Below the pieces are notes generated by a model that searched no databases, was not told the origin of the DNA, and was given only the letters and a program-made list of their open reading frames with translations. The position numbers and the translations under genes are program-made. 44,491 bases of DNA from a virus (lineage: Duplodnaviria; Caudoviricetes): IMG/VR virus record IMGVR_UViG_3300048783_000025, positions 1 through 44,491 of that record. One strand, written 5' to 3'. Below, piece after piece: positions 43,754 through 44,491 of this stretch (positions are counted from its first letter, which is position 1; the number at the start of each line of letters is the position of its first letter).

Positions 43754-44491
43754 ATGCCCAAGATGGCCCCTGGAGCTAATGCTCGCGACGCGTCAGTCGA
43801 AGACACTGATGATGGCTCGATTCCAATTACCCACGAGAAAGTTGAGTCCGTTCCCAACTTGACGGTTTCCCAGCTCCAAAAAACGTTTGGCCAGACCAAC
43901 CGGACCGCTGCCCGCGATAATATGTTTGGGTCGCTGGAAGAGGACACCGACTACTTCAACTGGCTGATGTACGGCCCCGAGGGCTCCGGCAAGACTACTG
44001 CGGCTTGCCGGGCCAGCCGATACGGCAAAATCCTGGTGATCCGCGCCGAGGGCGGTCTAAAGAAAATCGCACTAGAAGCGCAGGGCTGCAACGTCGCAAA
44101 TATCGCCGTCTACCCTCGCAATCAGGGTGACCGGGTTACCTGCGAGGGCCTGGAAGCCGTGCACGAGCAGGTTCTTGCGGATTTGCGGACCGATCCAGGC
44201 AGCTGGTTCGCGGTCGTGCTGGACTCGGTGACCGAGATCCATATCACGCTGCGCGAGGACGCCACAGACAAGCGAGTGGCGAAGGTATACAAGAAGCTGA
44301 CCGACCCAGCTAAATTGGCCGATTTTGACCCGGATTTCGTGGACCGTGACGACTACGGAGTGATGACCAACCAGCTCCGGAAGCTCGTCCGCAAATTCCG
44401 GGACCTGCCCTGCCACGTGGTATTGACCGGGCTGATCAAGGTGGACGACCAGACGCAGGAAAACGTCCCGAACATTTCTCCCGCGATTCGG
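43754..44491 (+). CDS. N-terminal part of Sak4-like AAA ATPase (joins 1-392; about 361 aa in total)
   Basis: Walker A YGPEGSGKTT, AEGG, Walker B VVLDSVT; TGGTAAGAT promoter at 43710-43718; not in the ORF track because it runs off the end. Confidence 0.85.
   Translation, partial: MPKMAPGANARDASVEDTDDGSIPITHEKVESVPNLTVSQLQKTFGQTNRTAARDNMFGSLEEDTDYFNWLMYGPEGSGKTTAACRASRYGKILVIRAEGGLKKIALEAQGCNVANIAVYPRNQGDRVTCEGLEAVHEQVLADLRTDPGSWFAVVLDSVTEIHITLREDATDKRVAKVYKKLTDPAKLADFDPDFVDRDDYGVMTNQLRKLVRKFRDLPCHVVLTGLIKVDDQTQENVPNISPAIR
44448..44491. repeat. Terminal direct repeat, copy 2
   Basis: Identical to 1-44. Confidence 0.95.

Noticed and set aside
1-44491. Integrase, repressor or attP
   Set aside because: No tyrosine or serine recombinase or repressor-like gene was recognised, so the tRNA-like sequences are unlikely to be attP cores

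Overview
The window looks like a complete, circularly permuted siphovirus genome from a mycolic-acid actinobacterial host. The first 44 nt are repeated exactly at the end, and the endolysin and LysB-type esterase point to Corynebacteriales. No integrase or repressor is visible, so it is probably lytic. The minus strand carries terminase, portal, capsid, tail and lysis genes plus a DNA polymerase A and nucleotide-metabolism block. The plus strand carries RuvC, a Cas4-like exonuclease, a Sak4-like ATPase, an SSB and a primase-helicase, with an AT-rich repeat-flanked origin candidate at the strand switch. Main finding 1: a 2-aminoadenine (Z-genome) system with PurZ (Asp-to-Ser motif, probably the GTP-using PurZ0 type), a PolA/DpoZ candidate, an all-alpha pyrophosphatase-like gene, an NDT-like gene and a dUTPase-fold gene, plus a separately promoted phage-encoded PurB with an active-site His-to-Phe change. 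Main finding 2: a promoter-driven ncRNA cluster holding two paralogous tRNA-like RNAs with Ala identity (G3:U70, A73), one with a shrunken and one with an extended anticodon arm, interleaved with hairpins that display anticodon-like loops. All family assignments come from reading motifs by eye, without database searches.
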